Below, one piece after another: positions 44,640 through 55,790 of a stretch of 64,000 bases of DNA. Position 1 is the stretch's first letter; each line of letters opens with the position of its first letter. The notes below the pieces were generated by a model that worked only from the letters and a program-made list of their open reading frames with translations, had not been told where the DNA came from and made no database searches. The translations under genes were made by a program, and so were the position numbers. Origin of the DNA: Candidatus Spongiisociaceae bacterium (GTDB lineage: Bacteria; Actinomycetota; Acidimicrobiia; Spongiisociales; Spongiisociaceae); NCBI GenBank assembly GCA_965262915.1, contig OZ253564.1, positions 2,848,001 through 2,912,000 of the forward strand, read 5' to 3'.

Positions 44640-44897
44640 TGTTAGGCATCTTCCCCACCCGAGCATCGATCATCCGACTCGCCAGCGCCATCCTCGCTGA
44701 GCAACATGATGAATGGGCCATCTGTCGCCGTTACATGAGCCTCGACAGCTTGGCCCAGGCACGCATCCGGCTCCTCGAACCCGAACCCCAACAGCTAACC
44801 GAAGAGGTCGCACCCAGAACCCAAATCAGCTAGAACAGAACCCAACAACAGAGGCAACGCGGAAGCCCTCTCTTACACCACATCCCTGGACGTGACC
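44640..44897 (+). mobile_element. IS256-family 3' remnant
   Basis: Manual translation GIFPTRASIIRLASAILAEQHDEWAICRRYMS; end TTACACCACATCCCTGGACGTGAC. Confidence 0.8.
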
Positions 44898-44994
44898 GTT
44901 TGTTCCAGCCGGAAACGCGAATCCCATCGAATGGCGCAACTCCCTTGGACCCGCAGAGACACCCGTCAGGCTTGGTCGGGCCGGCCCATATGAG

Positions 44995-45510
44995 TTAGGT
45001 GAATAGGGTTGCGATGGTGGATTTGGAGCGTTGTGGTAGTGGTTCGTTACCGAAGACGGACAGCGCGGTCTCCTCGACTTGTTCGGGGGTTGTGTATCCG
45101 AGGATGTCCACGAGCAGTTGCAGATCGGGAATGTCGGTGACCCGCGCTGCTCTGACTTTCATCGCCAGCATCCGTTCCGGCGACGCGGCGGTCACACGCA
45201 GGCCGGGATGATCGAACACGACCCTGCTGTGGACGTCGTCGCCTTTTGGCATGTAGGCGGTTGCCTGCTCGTTCAGCCACGAGGTGGGCAGCCCACGCCG
45301 GCGGGCGACCTCCTCCACTGCTCGGGTGACAGCGGTGTGGTTGTCGAGGATCAGAGCGTCGATGTCATGGGTGAACCGGTCGCTTCCATAGGCCATCGCC
45401 ATCGCAGCGCCCCCAACAATGTAGATACGTGCGGTCGTTCTGCGCGTACGGAGTAGTTCGGCCAGCACCTCGAGAGCCTCAACCAGTTCGCGGTGTCCCA
45501 TTGCAGGCAT
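44995..45510 (-). CDS. nucleotidyltransferase toxin-like protein (DUF6036/AbiEii-like)
   Basis: IYIVGGAAM..Y..R.T.DIDA, WLN, LAMK..A.R..D..D. Confidence 0.85.
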   Translation of the reverse strand: MPAMGHRELVEALEVLAELLRTRRTTARIYIVGGAAMAMAYGSDRFTHDIDALILDNHTAVTRAVEEVARRRGLPTSWLNEQATAYMPKGDDVHSRVVFDHPGLRVTAASPERMLAMKVRAARVTDIPDLQLLVDILGYTTPEQVEETALSVFGNEPLPQRSKSTIATLFT

Positions 45511-45896
45511 CAGACAACCATCAGATCCCGCTCCGCGATCAGCGTCCCGTGCGCTTCGAACGCGGCCGGGGCATGCTCCATTGCTTCTACCCGGAATGCT
45601 TCCCACTCAACGGGGAAGGGGAACCAGTAGCCGTCCAAGTAACGACATTCGTTGAACACCCAAGCCGGTGCCGCCAGCCGGTCGTGGTAGCAGCGATGCT
45701 CGACATAGGCAGCCAAGAAAGCGTCCCAAGCTGCGCTGATCGGCTCAGGTTCTGATTCGACTAGGCCCAGCCGCTGATGCAGCGGTGTGTCCTCCCAGCG
45801 GAGACCGAACTCGTGACAGACGATCCGGATCCGCCAAATATCGTCGTCGGCCTCCCTGAGCCGTGGTACGTAATCGGCCAGAGTGGCAGGGATCAT
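45510..45896 (-). CDS. putative antitoxin partner of the nucleotidyltransferase
   Basis: WDAFLAAYVEH..PAWV..WFP..PAAF..HG; TGATG coupling to the downstream gene. Confidence 0.75.
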   Translation of the reverse strand: MIPATLADYVPRLREADDDIWRIRIVCHEFGLRWEDTPLHQRLGLVESEPEPISAAWDAFLAAYVEHRCYHDRLAAPAWVFNECRYLDGYWFPFPVEWEAFRVEAMEHAPAAFEAHGTLIAERDLMVV

Positions 45897-46292
45897 CGAG
45901 GTCAGCCTACAAAGGACGCAACACCCGACACGATCGACCTCCGGGTTTCCGACTGCAGCGGGACCGTTCAGCGTTGACACAGCGAGGTTGGGGTCGCCTG
46001 CGTGAGGGCGCTGACGAGGCCTTTTGCCTGGACATGCGGGTATAGTCGCTGGATCTACGGTCGGGAGGATTGTGTCGCGTCTTTCCTCTGGAGTACCGCC
46101 TACGGAGGGCCAGTCCGTTGCCCAGAGCAGAGAAACAACCCAGTTAGCTGGACAACCCGACGGCCCGTACCTAGACCACCGTTGACCCTCGCTAACCGTC
46201 GCATATGCACACGTTGCTGGTTTGGTTTATGCGCCACTCCGGGTCACCGACGGGTGAAACCTGGTTCTACCTGGGGAAACGTCCCCACCCTA

Positions 46293-46320
46293 GGTTGTCA
46301 TAATGTCTGTTATCGGACAC
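46293..46320 (-). other. dif-like XerC/XerD recombination site
   Basis: Reverse strand GTGTCCGATAA-CAGACA-TTATGACAACC; 11-6-11 architecture. Confidence 0.68.
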
Positions 46321-46564
46321 CGTCCTGAGAACGCAGGAGGGTTCGGACCCGGTTGGTGATCTCCGCGAACGTCTGGGCCTCGACCGCGGCTGCTCGTGGA
46401 TTAGCGCGGATCTGCTCCCGGATAGCGTCGATCTCTTCGCCTGCTGTTGCCCACTCCCTGTCGGTGGCGTCGCTAGGTCCGAGTTCTGGGTTGTCGAGAA
46501 TGGCCCGCACCCTCTCCCGGTTTCGATCCCCGACTGAGTAGTCGGTCCCCTGATTCTCAGCCAT
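46310..46564 (-). CDS. hypothetical protein (84 aa)
   Basis: Strong SD AAGGAGGT; the stop codon falls within the dif-like site. Confidence 0.6.
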   Translation of the reverse strand: MAENQGTDYSVGDRNRERVRAILDNPELGPSDATDREWATAGEEIDAIREQIRANPRAAAVEAQTFAEITNRVRTLLRSQDGVR

Positions 46565-47121
46565 AGCCGACCTCCTTGACCCACCGAGCACCCCGCCGTC
46601 TTGTTCGTGCTTCAGTTATCGAATCCCTCTTACCTGCGGGCGATGGCTCGGCTGGTGTAGGTGCCACTCTCCGATCATGGTGCCCTCGATCTGTTTGACG
46701 ACACTCGGATGCCACTCGTTGCCCAACTGCAGTTGGTTCCATGAACCAAGTATCACAGGGCACCATGACAAGCCTCACAGGGTCACCTGACGGGCCGCTG
46801 ACGGTGAACGCCTAGACCCACGCTGAAGGTTACTGATCCTCGCCTACGGAGTGTCAGACCGCGTAACACCCCAGGTCAGCCTATAGTTCGGAGGTCACCG
46901 TCCCACAATAAGGCCCACAGTGACAACGGGATGAAAGCACGCTGTCTCCACTGGTTTGTCGGCTATCTGGATGTGGATCGTCAACGCCGGCGGGTGTAGC
47001 CGCCCGACAGCCTGTCACCCCTTCAGCCGGAATCTGTCACCTGACGCACAAGAGGATAGGGCCGCGTCAAGGGAGCGTCAGGCGAGCGGCTGCGGTACCA
47101 GGTCGTGTGTGGAGGGGTTGT

Positions 47122-48384
47122 TCAATCTACCGGTAGCGCCGCTTGGCACTGTCCGAACGACGTGTAGTCCAACCGGGGCCGGGGCGGTTCCGGGATTGGA
47201 TTGTTCGGGTTGTGGTGGGCTGCCCATTGTACTTCGGGTCGGGGATCTTGGGCTAGCTGTGCGACCACATGAGCGGGAGTGTGGGGATGGCCGGCGACAG
47301 CGACGCGTTCGTGGTGGCAGTCTGAGCGGGCTAGTTCGGTCAGCAGGTGGGCGGGCGCGGCCGGGTTGTCTCCGACCACACCGGTGCAGCATTTCAGTGA
47401 CGTGTCGCCGGCCAGTTGTTCCAGTACAGGGATCGGCGTGTTCGGGTTGTGGGCGACGGCCAGCCGAGTTGCCCAGTCGTCGGCGAATTGTCCCGCCACT
47501 TCCGCCGGGGTGTCCCAGTCTTCGGCTATTCGGTCCAGCATCTCCGTTGGGGTGTTGGGGTTCCCGGCGATGCTCTGCAGGTTGGAAACGTCGTTCGCCA
47601 ACGCGGCCAGGACCGGGATCGGTGTAGACCGGTTCCCGGCTACCGAGCGGCGTACATCGGGTTCGGGATCGGCCGCCAATCGTTCAAGTATCGACACGGA
47701 CATGCGCCCAAGTGAGCCGACCATTTGACGTATCTCAGGGTCGGGATCGTCCGACAGGCGATGCAGCACACCGGCCGGGGTATTCTTGTTGCAGGCGAGC
47801 ATGCTACGTACCCCAGGGTCGGGGTCAGCGGCCAACCGGTGCAGCACACCGGCCGGGGTATTCTGATTGGCGGCCACGTTTTCCCGTGCCGCCGGGTCCC
47901 CGGCCAGGCATTCCAGCACATCGGCCGGGGTGTTCTCGTTGTGTGCGACGTGGCTGCGTACCGCGGGTTTGGGATCGTCGGCCAGGCGGTGCAGCAACGA
48001 CACGGGGGTGTTGGGGTTGGCCGCTACGGCGGCCCGCACCCCCGGATCCGGATCGGTAGCCAGGCGTCGGAGCACACCGGCGGACGCGTTCGGGTTCCAG
48101 CCGACCCGTAGCCGCACGACGCTGCGGCTGTCGTCCGCCAGCCCGGACAGTGTGTCGGCTGCGGTGTTCGGGTTGGACGCTGCCGCGGCTCGCACGTCCT
48201 GCTCAGGGTCGGCGGCCAGACGTTCGAGGGTCACGGCCGAAGTGTTCCAGTTGTTACCCAGTTCGGTCCGGACCCCTACGTCGGGGTCGTCGACCAGGGC
48301 CTCCAGCAGACGGGGGTCCACTCGGGCCTCGCAGAGAACCCGCCTGTCCCACAAACTCAGACCAGAAAGATACTCGTCCATCAC
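47122..48384 (-). CDS. leucine-rich-repeat-variant (LRV/HEAT-like) protein
   Basis: About 15 repeats L.RLA.DP.P.VR..VA.NPNTP; C-terminus similar to 35186-36358. Confidence 0.88.
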   Translation of the reverse strand: MMDEYLSGLSLWDRRVLCEARVDPRLLEALVDDPDVGVRTELGNNWNTSAVTLERLAADPEQDVRAAAASNPNTAADTLSGLADDSRSVVRLRVGWNPNASAGVLRRLATDPDPGVRAAVAANPNTPVSLLHRLADDPKPAVRSHVAHNENTPADVLECLAGDPAARENVAANQNTPAGVLHRLAADPDPGVRSMLACNKNTPAGVLHRLSDDPDPEIRQMVGSLGRMSVSILERLAADPEPDVRRSVAGNRSTPIPVLAALANDVSNLQSIAGNPNTPTEMLDRIAEDWDTPAEVAGQFADDWATRLAVAHNPNTPIPVLEQLAGDTSLKCCTGVVGDNPAAPAHLLTELARSDCHHERVAVAGHPHTPAHVVAQLAQDPRPEVQWAAHHNPNNPIPEPPRPRLDYTSFGQCQAALPVD

Positions 48385-48473
48385 CCCAGGCTACACCCCC
48401 CGGGAGACGTGCTGAGCGTAGGTTCTGTTACCGCACGGCTAGCGCGTTTACCCGGGCAATCCGACTAAGAGCA

Positions 48474-48668
48474 TTAGCGGATAGGGACTGAGTGGGGGCT
48501 CCAGCGGTTTCTCCAGTCGATGAGTTTGCTGGTGATGATGAGGGTGATGGCTAGCTGGAGTTGGGCGTGTCGGTGGTGGGTGTGTCGGTCGGTGTTGCGG
48601 CGTAGTTGCCCGTAGTTCGAGAGCCATGAGTTGGTACGCTCGACGGTCCAGCGCATGCCGAGGGGTGT
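48474..48668 (-). mobile_element. IS5-family transposase 3' remnant
   Basis: RWTVERTNSWLSNYGQLRRNTDR. Confidence 0.8.
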
Positions 48669-49740
48669 TGGAGTTCCCCCCGTGTGCTGAACACTCGGTT
48701 TATGCGGCCGTGTGATGGTAGTAGTTGTCCTCCCATTCGTTTGGTGGCTGCTGTCCGATGGTGAAGTGAAGCCGGCGGGGGTTGTACCAGGCTTCGATCC
48801 ACCAACGGATTGACAGGCGGGCCTGGTGCCGGTTGTGGTAGTCGGCCCGGTTGACGAGTTCCTTTTTGAGGGTGCCGAGGAACGACTCGGCGGCGGCGTT
48901 GTCCCAGCACACCCCGGTCCGGCCCACGGATTGGCGGATGCCATAAGCCTTACTGAGCCGGGCTGTGGCTTCGGAGGTGTATTGGGAACCGCGGTCAGTG
49001 TGGAAGATCACGTCCCGTATCTGGCCGCCTCGGGTGGCGATGGCTTCGCGCAGCGCGTCGGTGGCGAGTGATGCTTTGAGGTGTGGGGCCATTGAGATCC
49101 CGACTACGCGGCGCGACGCCAGGTCCAGGACGAACGCCAGGTAGAGGAATCCTTGGCGGGTTCTGATGTAGCTGATATCGCCTACCCATGCCGTATCCGG
49201 GCGGGCGGCTCCGAAGTCGCCCTCCAGCAGGTCAGGGAGCCGATGAGCGCTGTCCGCTGTGGTCGTGACACGCCTCTTGCGGGGAACGAAACCTGCCATA
49301 TCATGGCACTTCATGAGCCGTTCCACCCGCTTGTGGTTCACCACCCGACCCCGCCTACGCAGCTCGGCGGACACCCTGGGCGAACCATAAGTCCCGGCCG
49401 ACTCAGCCCATATAGACCGGATCTCGGCGACCAGGGCAGCCTCGGCCAGCTGGACCGGACTCGGCTGGGGCCGCTGCTTGTGGGCGTAGTAAGCCGAGGG
49501 GGAAACCCCCACGACCGAACAGATCAGCCTCACCGGGAACCCTTCGGCCCTCTGGGCATCGACGAAGCGATACAGCGTCACACCTTCGACTCCCTCACCC
49601 AGAAGGCCACAGCTCGTCTTTTCGAGCTCACGCTCCATCCGCAGCCGGGCGTTCTCCCGCTCGAGTTCGCGGAGCCGTTCCCGCTCATCGCTGCTCAGCC
49701 CTTCCCGCTCTCCCCGGTTGATCTCGTCCTGGCGCACCCA
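48669..49740 (-). mobile_element. IS3-family element, 5'-truncated copy with intact orfB
   Basis: Near-identical to the 38918-41667 element without IS30; right IR at 48669. Confidence 0.93.
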
Positions 49741-49897
49741 CGAAGGAACCGACACACACACCAACACCACAGCCACCAACAAAACCATCGACCACCACCC
49801 CCGCGAAACCACCCCGGCCGCCACTACCACCAACCCGCCAACCGGCCCGACCACACGCCCACCAACACCACACCATCGAACCTTCCACAGGCCATTG

Positions 49898-50821
49898 TCA
49901 ACCCTCCCGACCCTGCGGCAGGTAACGACGGCCCGGGTCATGCTCAGCGGTAAGAGCCGCTACCGCCCCGATAACCGGCCGAACATACCGGTCCAGGCTG
50001 CGCAGACTCCGATGCCGGCTCTTCGCCTTCAACAACGGAGCCCCCACCCCCGCCTCACCCAGATGAGTCAGCGCCGAGTGACGCAACTGATGCAGCGTCC
50101 AGCCCGACGCTTTGCGGAACAGCGCCCACGCCTGCTGATACGACAGGCGTCCCCGACCGGTATCAGGACACAGATCAGAAAGAGCTGGCGCCTGGTTGGG
50201 TCGGCGGTGGGTGACGAACACAGGGCCCTGCTGCCGGCCACCCAGATAGCGGGGTAGGAGGCGGGCGGTACCCGATGCCCACACCACTTCTTGGCGGTGG
50301 CCGCCCTTGCCCCTGACCGCAGCCCTCCTGGCCCCGAGGTCGAGGTCCTCGATGTTGAGGGCGAGTATCTCGTTGGCCCGGGCCGCTGTCTCGTACAGCA
50401 TCCTCCACAGTGTCTTCTCCCGCACATGGACATCCGGCCGGGTCCACAGGGCGTGGAGCTGTTCGTAGCGGATCGGTGCAACTTCGTCCCGGGGCTGGGG
50501 GCGGCGTTCGATCCCCGCTAACGGATCCTCGGTAATCCAACCCTGCGCCCGTACCCAGCGGCGGAACGACCCCACAGCGGTGAGACGGTTGTTCCACGTC
50601 GCAGCCGAAGCGTCACCTCAGCGGTCCTCGAGAACGCGCCGTACCCGCTCGGCGGTGAACTCATCAAGAGCCAGGTCAGCGTCGAGGTCCCCGACCACAG
50701 TCCTGAGAGTGTGGGCGTAACTGCGGCGTCCGTTAGGCGACAGCGGTTTGGCCGCCAGGAACTGCTCGACAGCACGTCCGAGGGAGGGGACACGATGCGG
50801 GAGGGCCAGGACTTCGGGCAT
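49898..50821 (-). pseudogene. tyrosine recombinase with internal stop (50618-50620)
   Basis: ORFs 50618-50821 and 49898-50575 are in frame, separated by TGA; LYETAAR, KGG, HQLRH, SRH..L.RY. Confidence 0.88.
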
Positions 50822-50910
50822 CGTATCAGCCGTTACCAGAGATATCCGACAGGGTTCACGAGTGTGGAGGCTACCCGCTCCCCCAGCTTGTTCGTGGTTT
50901 CGTTCTGCTG

Positions 50911-50943
50911 TTACCAGAGATACTCCGCCAATATCTCTCGTAA
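50911..50943. other. palindromic recombinase-type site
   Basis: TTACCAGAGATA-N9-TATCTCTCGTAA, plus a repeated arm at 50833-50844, upstream of the recombinase. Confidence 0.7.
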
Positions 50944-51181
50944 GGCACAGGCGCAGCTCTCCTGACCCTTCCGGTAGGGGTTTATGTCGGATGGTGCCCG
51001 GATGTCGGGTGTCCGTATCCGTTGCTGACAGCCCCGATGTGGCGGGTCTGGTGGTCGCGCAGATGCGAAGCCGCCCCGGACCCGGGGAGAGGTTCCGAGT
51101 TCCAACGAGTACGCCGGTGCCCGCAGGTTCGCCCAGGGCCGTAACCGCCAGTTCGCCGGTCGCCTCTCGCCAGGGCTCCCG

Positions 51182-52237
51182 CTACTTGGCCGCTTCTGTG
51201 TATGCCTCGGTTAGCGCGTCCAGCAGGTCCTCGCTGATATTGCGGGTTGTGTTTCCCTGACCGACCGTGGTCCCTGCCAGATCCTCGATCCGGTCGATGA
51301 AGCCGGGCGCTCTCTTCTCGAAGACGCTGCGCCAGAACTGGAGGCTGGCGCCTCCGTCATTCCAGATGGTGACCAGACCCCTACCGCCGACAACCAGACG
51401 CGGTAACAGGGTGTACCGCTTCGCTCCTACGCCTTCGTAGGTCGAGAGGTTGACGAAGCCACTCCGCTCGAGGCCGCGAGCCCACTGCAGCATCCGGCCC
51501 AGCGACTCGCGAGTCTCCAGAGGCGCTCGGCTGATCGTGGCCTCAAATCTGTCGCTGCCGGGATAGAGAGTGCCGGATTCCTTGCGGCGTGTCTTCTCCA
51601 CGGTCACCTCGTGCCGCTCGGGTGTCACACGCTGGGGGAGCACGACGGACATACCGCCGACGTTGAAGGAGTTGACAGCGACCAGGTCGATGACCAGCTT
51701 GTCGGTTACGTGCTCGAGGTAAGCCACCAGTGTCATCAACTCCGGTGGCACAGCGTCAAGCACGAACACGAGCCGGAAGCGGCCCTCGCCAAGGTGCTCG
51801 TCAAGGGCCGCCGTGAACTCGTCAGCGTCGAACGCATCCTCCTGAACCGACCGCACCGCGGCCACGAGCGACTCGTGGCCGCGCTTCGCCAAGCCGTCAC
51901 CGAAGCGGTCCTCCAACTGTTCTCGGGTCGTGCCGTGAAGGCTCGCCGCGTAGGACAGGATCTGAGCTACAACAGCGCGACGGGCTTCGTTGTTCTCAGC
52001 GAGCTTGACTTCGATGATGACCGGACGGCCCGACGTCTCCACCCCCACAAGATCGGCGTAGCCCGACCCCAGCGGCACCTCCCTACCCAGGATCAGCAGC
52101 GGCGGCGCCCCCGACAGCGGCAGCATCTCCGGTGTCTTCTCGATCAGGTGGTGCAGGGTCGCCTCGTCGGGGAACCCCTCGGGCCGGCTCAGCGTCCAGC
52201 CCTCATCGTTCTGCGTCCAGACACCCGAGATCGTCAT
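51182..52237 (-). CDS. NucS/DUF91-like PD-(D/E)XK nuclease-domain protein
   Basis: E..L..LI..P, LGRE, YADLVGV...G..VIIEVK, AVVAQILSYA. Confidence 0.78.
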   Translation of the reverse strand: MTISGVWTQNDEGWTLSRPEGFPDEATLHHLIEKTPEMLPLSGAPPLLILGREVPLGSGYADLVGVETSGRPVIIEVKLAENNEARRAVVAQILSYAASLHGTTREQLEDRFGDGLAKRGHESLVAAVRSVQEDAFDADEFTAALDEHLGEGRFRLVFVLDAVPPELMTLVAYLEHVTDKLVIDLVAVNSFNVGGMSVVLPQRVTPERHEVTVEKTRRKESGTLYPGSDRFEATISRAPLETRESLGRMLQWARGLERSGFVNLSTYEGVGAKRYTLLPRLVVGGRGLVTIWNDGGASLQFWRSVFEKRAPGFIDRIEDLAGTTVGQGNTTRNISEDLLDALTEAYTEAAK

Positions 52238-52329
52238 TTCTGCTCCTGGTTCCTCCCACGAAGGCTACTGCCCCCAGATCGGGTCTCCCCATCCTGAGCC
52301 GTAGCCGACCAACCGAGCCAATGCTGGCG

Positions 52330-52805
52330 TCAGTGCGCCGGAGCCAGGTTGACCGTGACCGTCATGTCGAGGGCTGCTGCGGCCTTGTAGAGCGTCGTGA
52401 GCGTCGCGCTCGTGCCGCCGGAGGACGGGTGGTTCGAGTCCCAGAGCACACCGAAGCCCTGGAGAGGGTCGTCCTCGGGACGTTCACAACCGTCGGGCCC
52501 TGCAAACCGAAGCTGAACCGTCCGCCTACAGCAGCAGCACTGGCGATCGTCGCCAACATCGGAGCGACCCGAAGCAGCGAGCCGTGATCGATCTTGGGGT
52601 CTACCAGCGTCACATCGACCAACAGAACCAGGGTCGGAGGCGCCGATGAGCAAAGACTCTGTCTACCAACAGCTGAGGGGTCATCTCGCCTACCTCAACC
52701 TGGCAGCAGCAGCCGAAGCGCTGCCCGCCCACCTTGACCAAGCCCGCCGAGGTGGTATCGGTCATACCGAGTTCCTCGAGGGGCTGCTCCGGGTCGAGGT
52801 CGTCC
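52330..52805 (+). mobile_element. IS21-family remnant (istA end, istB start)
   Basis: EHTEALERVVLG.FT...CK.K.NRPP, then MSKDSVYQQLRGHLAYL.L.AAAEAL. Confidence 0.75.
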
Positions 52806-53055
52806 CTAACGCCGGCGGACCGGCTGTATGTTGAAATACGGAATGCGAAGCGGACAGAACGGGCATTCGGATTGTTGACGGTCGGATGTCACAACACAAG
52901 CGTCGCCGTGCAACTACTGAACAGGGCCTCAGCCCTAGGCGGCAAGCTGTGTAGGTGGCTGTTCCCGAAGCGACGCCAGGACACATACCCAAGTGTCGAG
53001 ACCCTTGCGATGTTTTCGATTTGGGGTATCGTAAGTGTTTGAGGAGGAGCACACC

Positions 53056-53520
53056 ATGACCGCGTTGACGCTTGAACGTACCGTTCTGCCCCCCGAGGAG
53101 TCGCTCGACAAGCTGGTCGCTCTGCTCGGTCCGATAGGCGCTGAGCCGACAGCGACGGTGTCCGGCTCCAACGGCGAACATATGGTGTTGCCCCCTGAGG
53201 TCTTCGCTGTGCTACGCGATGTTGTCGAAGCAATGGCCCACGGCCAGGCGGTCACGATTGTTCCCGTGCATCAGCGTCTCACAACCCAGGAAGCAGCCGA
53301 CCTGTTGGGTATCAGCCGACCGACGGTCGTGAAGCTTCTCGAGTCAGGCGAGATAGCGTTTGAGCGGCCGGGCCATCACCGTCGTGTTCGCCTCGCCGAT
53401 GTGCTCGCCTACCGCCAGCACCGCTCAACCCAGCGTCGGGACTCCCTCGATCGGATGGTCGAGATCGCCGACGAAGGCGGAATGTACGAACGGACCGCAA
53501 CACCCAAACGAACTCGCTGA
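53056..53520 (+). CDS. excisionase-like HTH_17 antitoxin
   Basis: LTTQEAADLLGISRPTVVKLLESGEI..G.HRRVRL.DVLAY; SD GAGGAG. Confidence 0.9.
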   Translation: MTALTLERTVLPPEESLDKLVALLGPIGAEPTATVSGSNGEHMVLPPEVFAVLRDVVEAMAHGQAVTIVPVHQRLTTQEAADLLGISRPTVVKLLESGEIAFERPGHHRRVRLADVLAYRQHRSTQRRDSLDRMVEIADEGGMYERTATPKRTR

Positions 53521-53529
53521 GCAACGCCG

Positions 53530-54081
53530 GTGCCGTGCGCGGTCGTCCTCGACACGTGCGTGCTGTACCCGGCCCACCTACGCGACACGCTTCTGCGACT
53601 CGCCGAACGCGGTCTATACCAGGCGTTGTGGTCCGCTGACATCCTCACCGAACTCCACCGGAACCTCGTGGAGGTAGGGATCCGCAGCGACACCGTCGAC
53701 TATCTCCACGCCGAGATGCAAGGCGCCTTCCCCCAAGCTGAGGTCACCGGCTACCACACTGCCATGCACTCGATGACCTGCGACCCCAAAGACCGCCACG
53801 TCCTCGCCGCGGCGGTCCGTTCCGACGCCGCCGCCATCGTAACCTTCAACGTGGCGGATTTCCCTGCCCCCAGCGTCGACCCCTACAAGATCGACGTTAT
53901 CCACCCAGCAGACTTCCTCCTAGACCTACTCGATCTGGCTCCCTCCATCGTGATCACCGAACTCAACAGCCAAGCAACCGCCAACCGGCGAGCTCCCAAA
54001 ACGCTGAACGGTCTGCTCGAAGCCCTCGGCAGGGCGGGGGTGCCTTCGTTCACTGACCAGGCCCGCCGCCAGACCGGGTGA
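53530..54081 (+). CDS. PIN-domain (VapC50-like) toxin
   Basis: VVLDTCVLYP..LRD.LL.LA, DPKDRHVLAAA, IVTFN..DF, HP.DFL. Confidence 0.9.
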   Translation: MPCAVVLDTCVLYPAHLRDTLLRLAERGLYQALWSADILTELHRNLVEVGIRSDTVDYLHAEMQGAFPQAEVTGYHTAMHSMTCDPKDRHVLAAAVRSDAAAIVTFNVADFPAPSVDPYKIDVIHPADFLLDLLDLAPSIVITELNSQATANRRAPKTLNGLLEALGRAGVPSFTDQARRQTG

Positions 54082-54120
54082 CCAACCAACAGCGCGACAC
54101 CAACCACCCCAGCCATACCA

Positions 54121-54291
54121 TTACCCACCGAGCTCCCCCATCATCGAACTCGGCCTGGCAGCCACCCGTGCCACGTGCCCCGGAGCTGCCCGGACCGACA
54201 CCTCCCGGTTTAGCCCCCAGAGGACCTCTACCGCACAGACCAGGTAGAAGCGGCCTCGCTGCGATTCGTCGACGAAGGCGTGGACGGTCAT
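54121..54291 (-). pseudogene. DUF3800-like N-terminal remnant
   Basis: MTVHAFVDESQRGRFYLVCAV, then the similarity is lost. Confidence 0.55.
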
Positions 54292-54409
54292 TGCGACGTA
54301 CTGGTGGCTGTACTGATCCGTCCCCGGGGACCGAACGGCGGGTTGAGGGTGTAACGGTTCTCCCAGGAAATACCCTCGGGTGCAAGCGGCGCCTCGTGGC
54401 GCTTGCACA

Positions 54410-55146
54410 TCGGTCACCCACAGGCGGTCCGGCTCGTTGTTGACGATCGACCAGGCCCGCCGGCGTGTCGACGGGGCGGATCAGCCGTCTGCAGCCTCGG
54501 CTCCCACTGAGGCCGGCCCGGCGCATGAGCATCGCCACCGCGTTATGCCCCACCGTGATCCCATAACCCAACCTCAGTTCCGGATGGACCCGCAGGGCGC
54601 CGTAGGTACCGCGTGACTGTTGATGGACCTGGTGGATGAGGTCGGTTAACGACACATGGCGGATGGCCCGGACCGAAGGCGGTCGGGGTCCTCCAAGCTT
54701 AGAACCCCGACTCCGACACCCCCAGCACCCGACAAGCCACCCGGGCGGGCAGCCCCTCGGTTCTCATGGTCTGGATCGCTTCGAACCGTCTCCTGCGGAC
54801 ACCACCTGTGCTCACAGCAACTCGTTGGCTCGCCTCGTCACGGCCAACTCCGTTTCCAACTCGGCAATCCGGCGACGCGCCGCCCACAGTTCCCCTTGTT
54901 CCGCCGAGGTCGCACCGGGCTTCAGGCCACGGTCAACAGCGTCCTGGCGTCGCCAGTTGTAAATCGTCTGATCCGACACACCAAGATCAGCAGACAAGGA
55001 CGCCACCGACCTGCCAGCCGCTAACAGACCCAAGGATCCTGCGACGGAACTCGGGTGGGTATCGATACGGCATGAAGACCTCTCCTTTGCGGGTCAGCAC
55101 ACCACTAATTCAAATATCCCGACTCCACGAAACTGGGTAACCATCA
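54410..55146 (-). mobile_element. IS3-family remnant (third type), frameshifted
   Basis: RYPPEFRRR, SDQTIYNWRRQD, SRGTYGALRVH.EL; left end TGATGGTTACCC. Confidence 0.85.
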
Positions 55147-55273
55147 GCTGTCTTCCCAGATCGTTTGGATAATGCATTTGCCTGATGGGTCGTCGAGTAG
55201 TCTCCTAATACTGAAGTTCCGTACGTCTCCTCCCCACCGGGTCCGGATCAGAGCCGTCGAGGATACGCACCAG

Positions 55274-55790
55274 TCAAACTGCCATCACCCAACGCTGCAC
55301 CGCATCCGTCGGGCAGAACCTGGCGGGTGCGCACTCGGTGCCCACAAACACCCCGTCAGCCGCAAGAGCGCTGATCGCTGTTTCATGAACAGAGCCCTCC
55401 ACGTCCGTGTAGACACCCGAGTCCCCATCGACGGTGGCCGGTGGCGCCGTCGTGGGCGTAGTCGCCGGTCCGGTCGCGGCTGATCCTCCTCCTACTTCCT
55501 CGATCAGCCATCCCCCACCAGACTGCCTAGAAGCCACAAACGTGTACTCCACCCCATTCACCGACGCAGCCCTAAGCTCGATACGCTGCCCCGACGTGAA
55601 AAACAACAGGCGGCCAGAACCAGAATCGTCTACCGGAACTCCACGTCGCTACCCGGATACCTACACGAGCCGCCCGGCTCCACCACCAACCCCACATAAC
55701 AATCACCACTCCCCTGCGCCAACACGCCAACCGCTACCACAACAGAAGCCACAACCGCCAACACAACCCCAACAACCCTGAACGGTCCCC
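55274..55790 (-). pseudogene. secreted SLH-domain protein remnant
   Basis: Signal peptide, CYVGLVV.PG.SC.YPG module, then TDVEGSVHETAI.ALA..G....ECAP..FCP truncated by a stop; frameshift near 55630. Confidence 0.7.

Noticed and set aside
48700-49941. Signal-peptide-transposase fusion protein
   Set aside because: Chance junction at 49740 between a truncated IS3 and a secreted-gene remnant.
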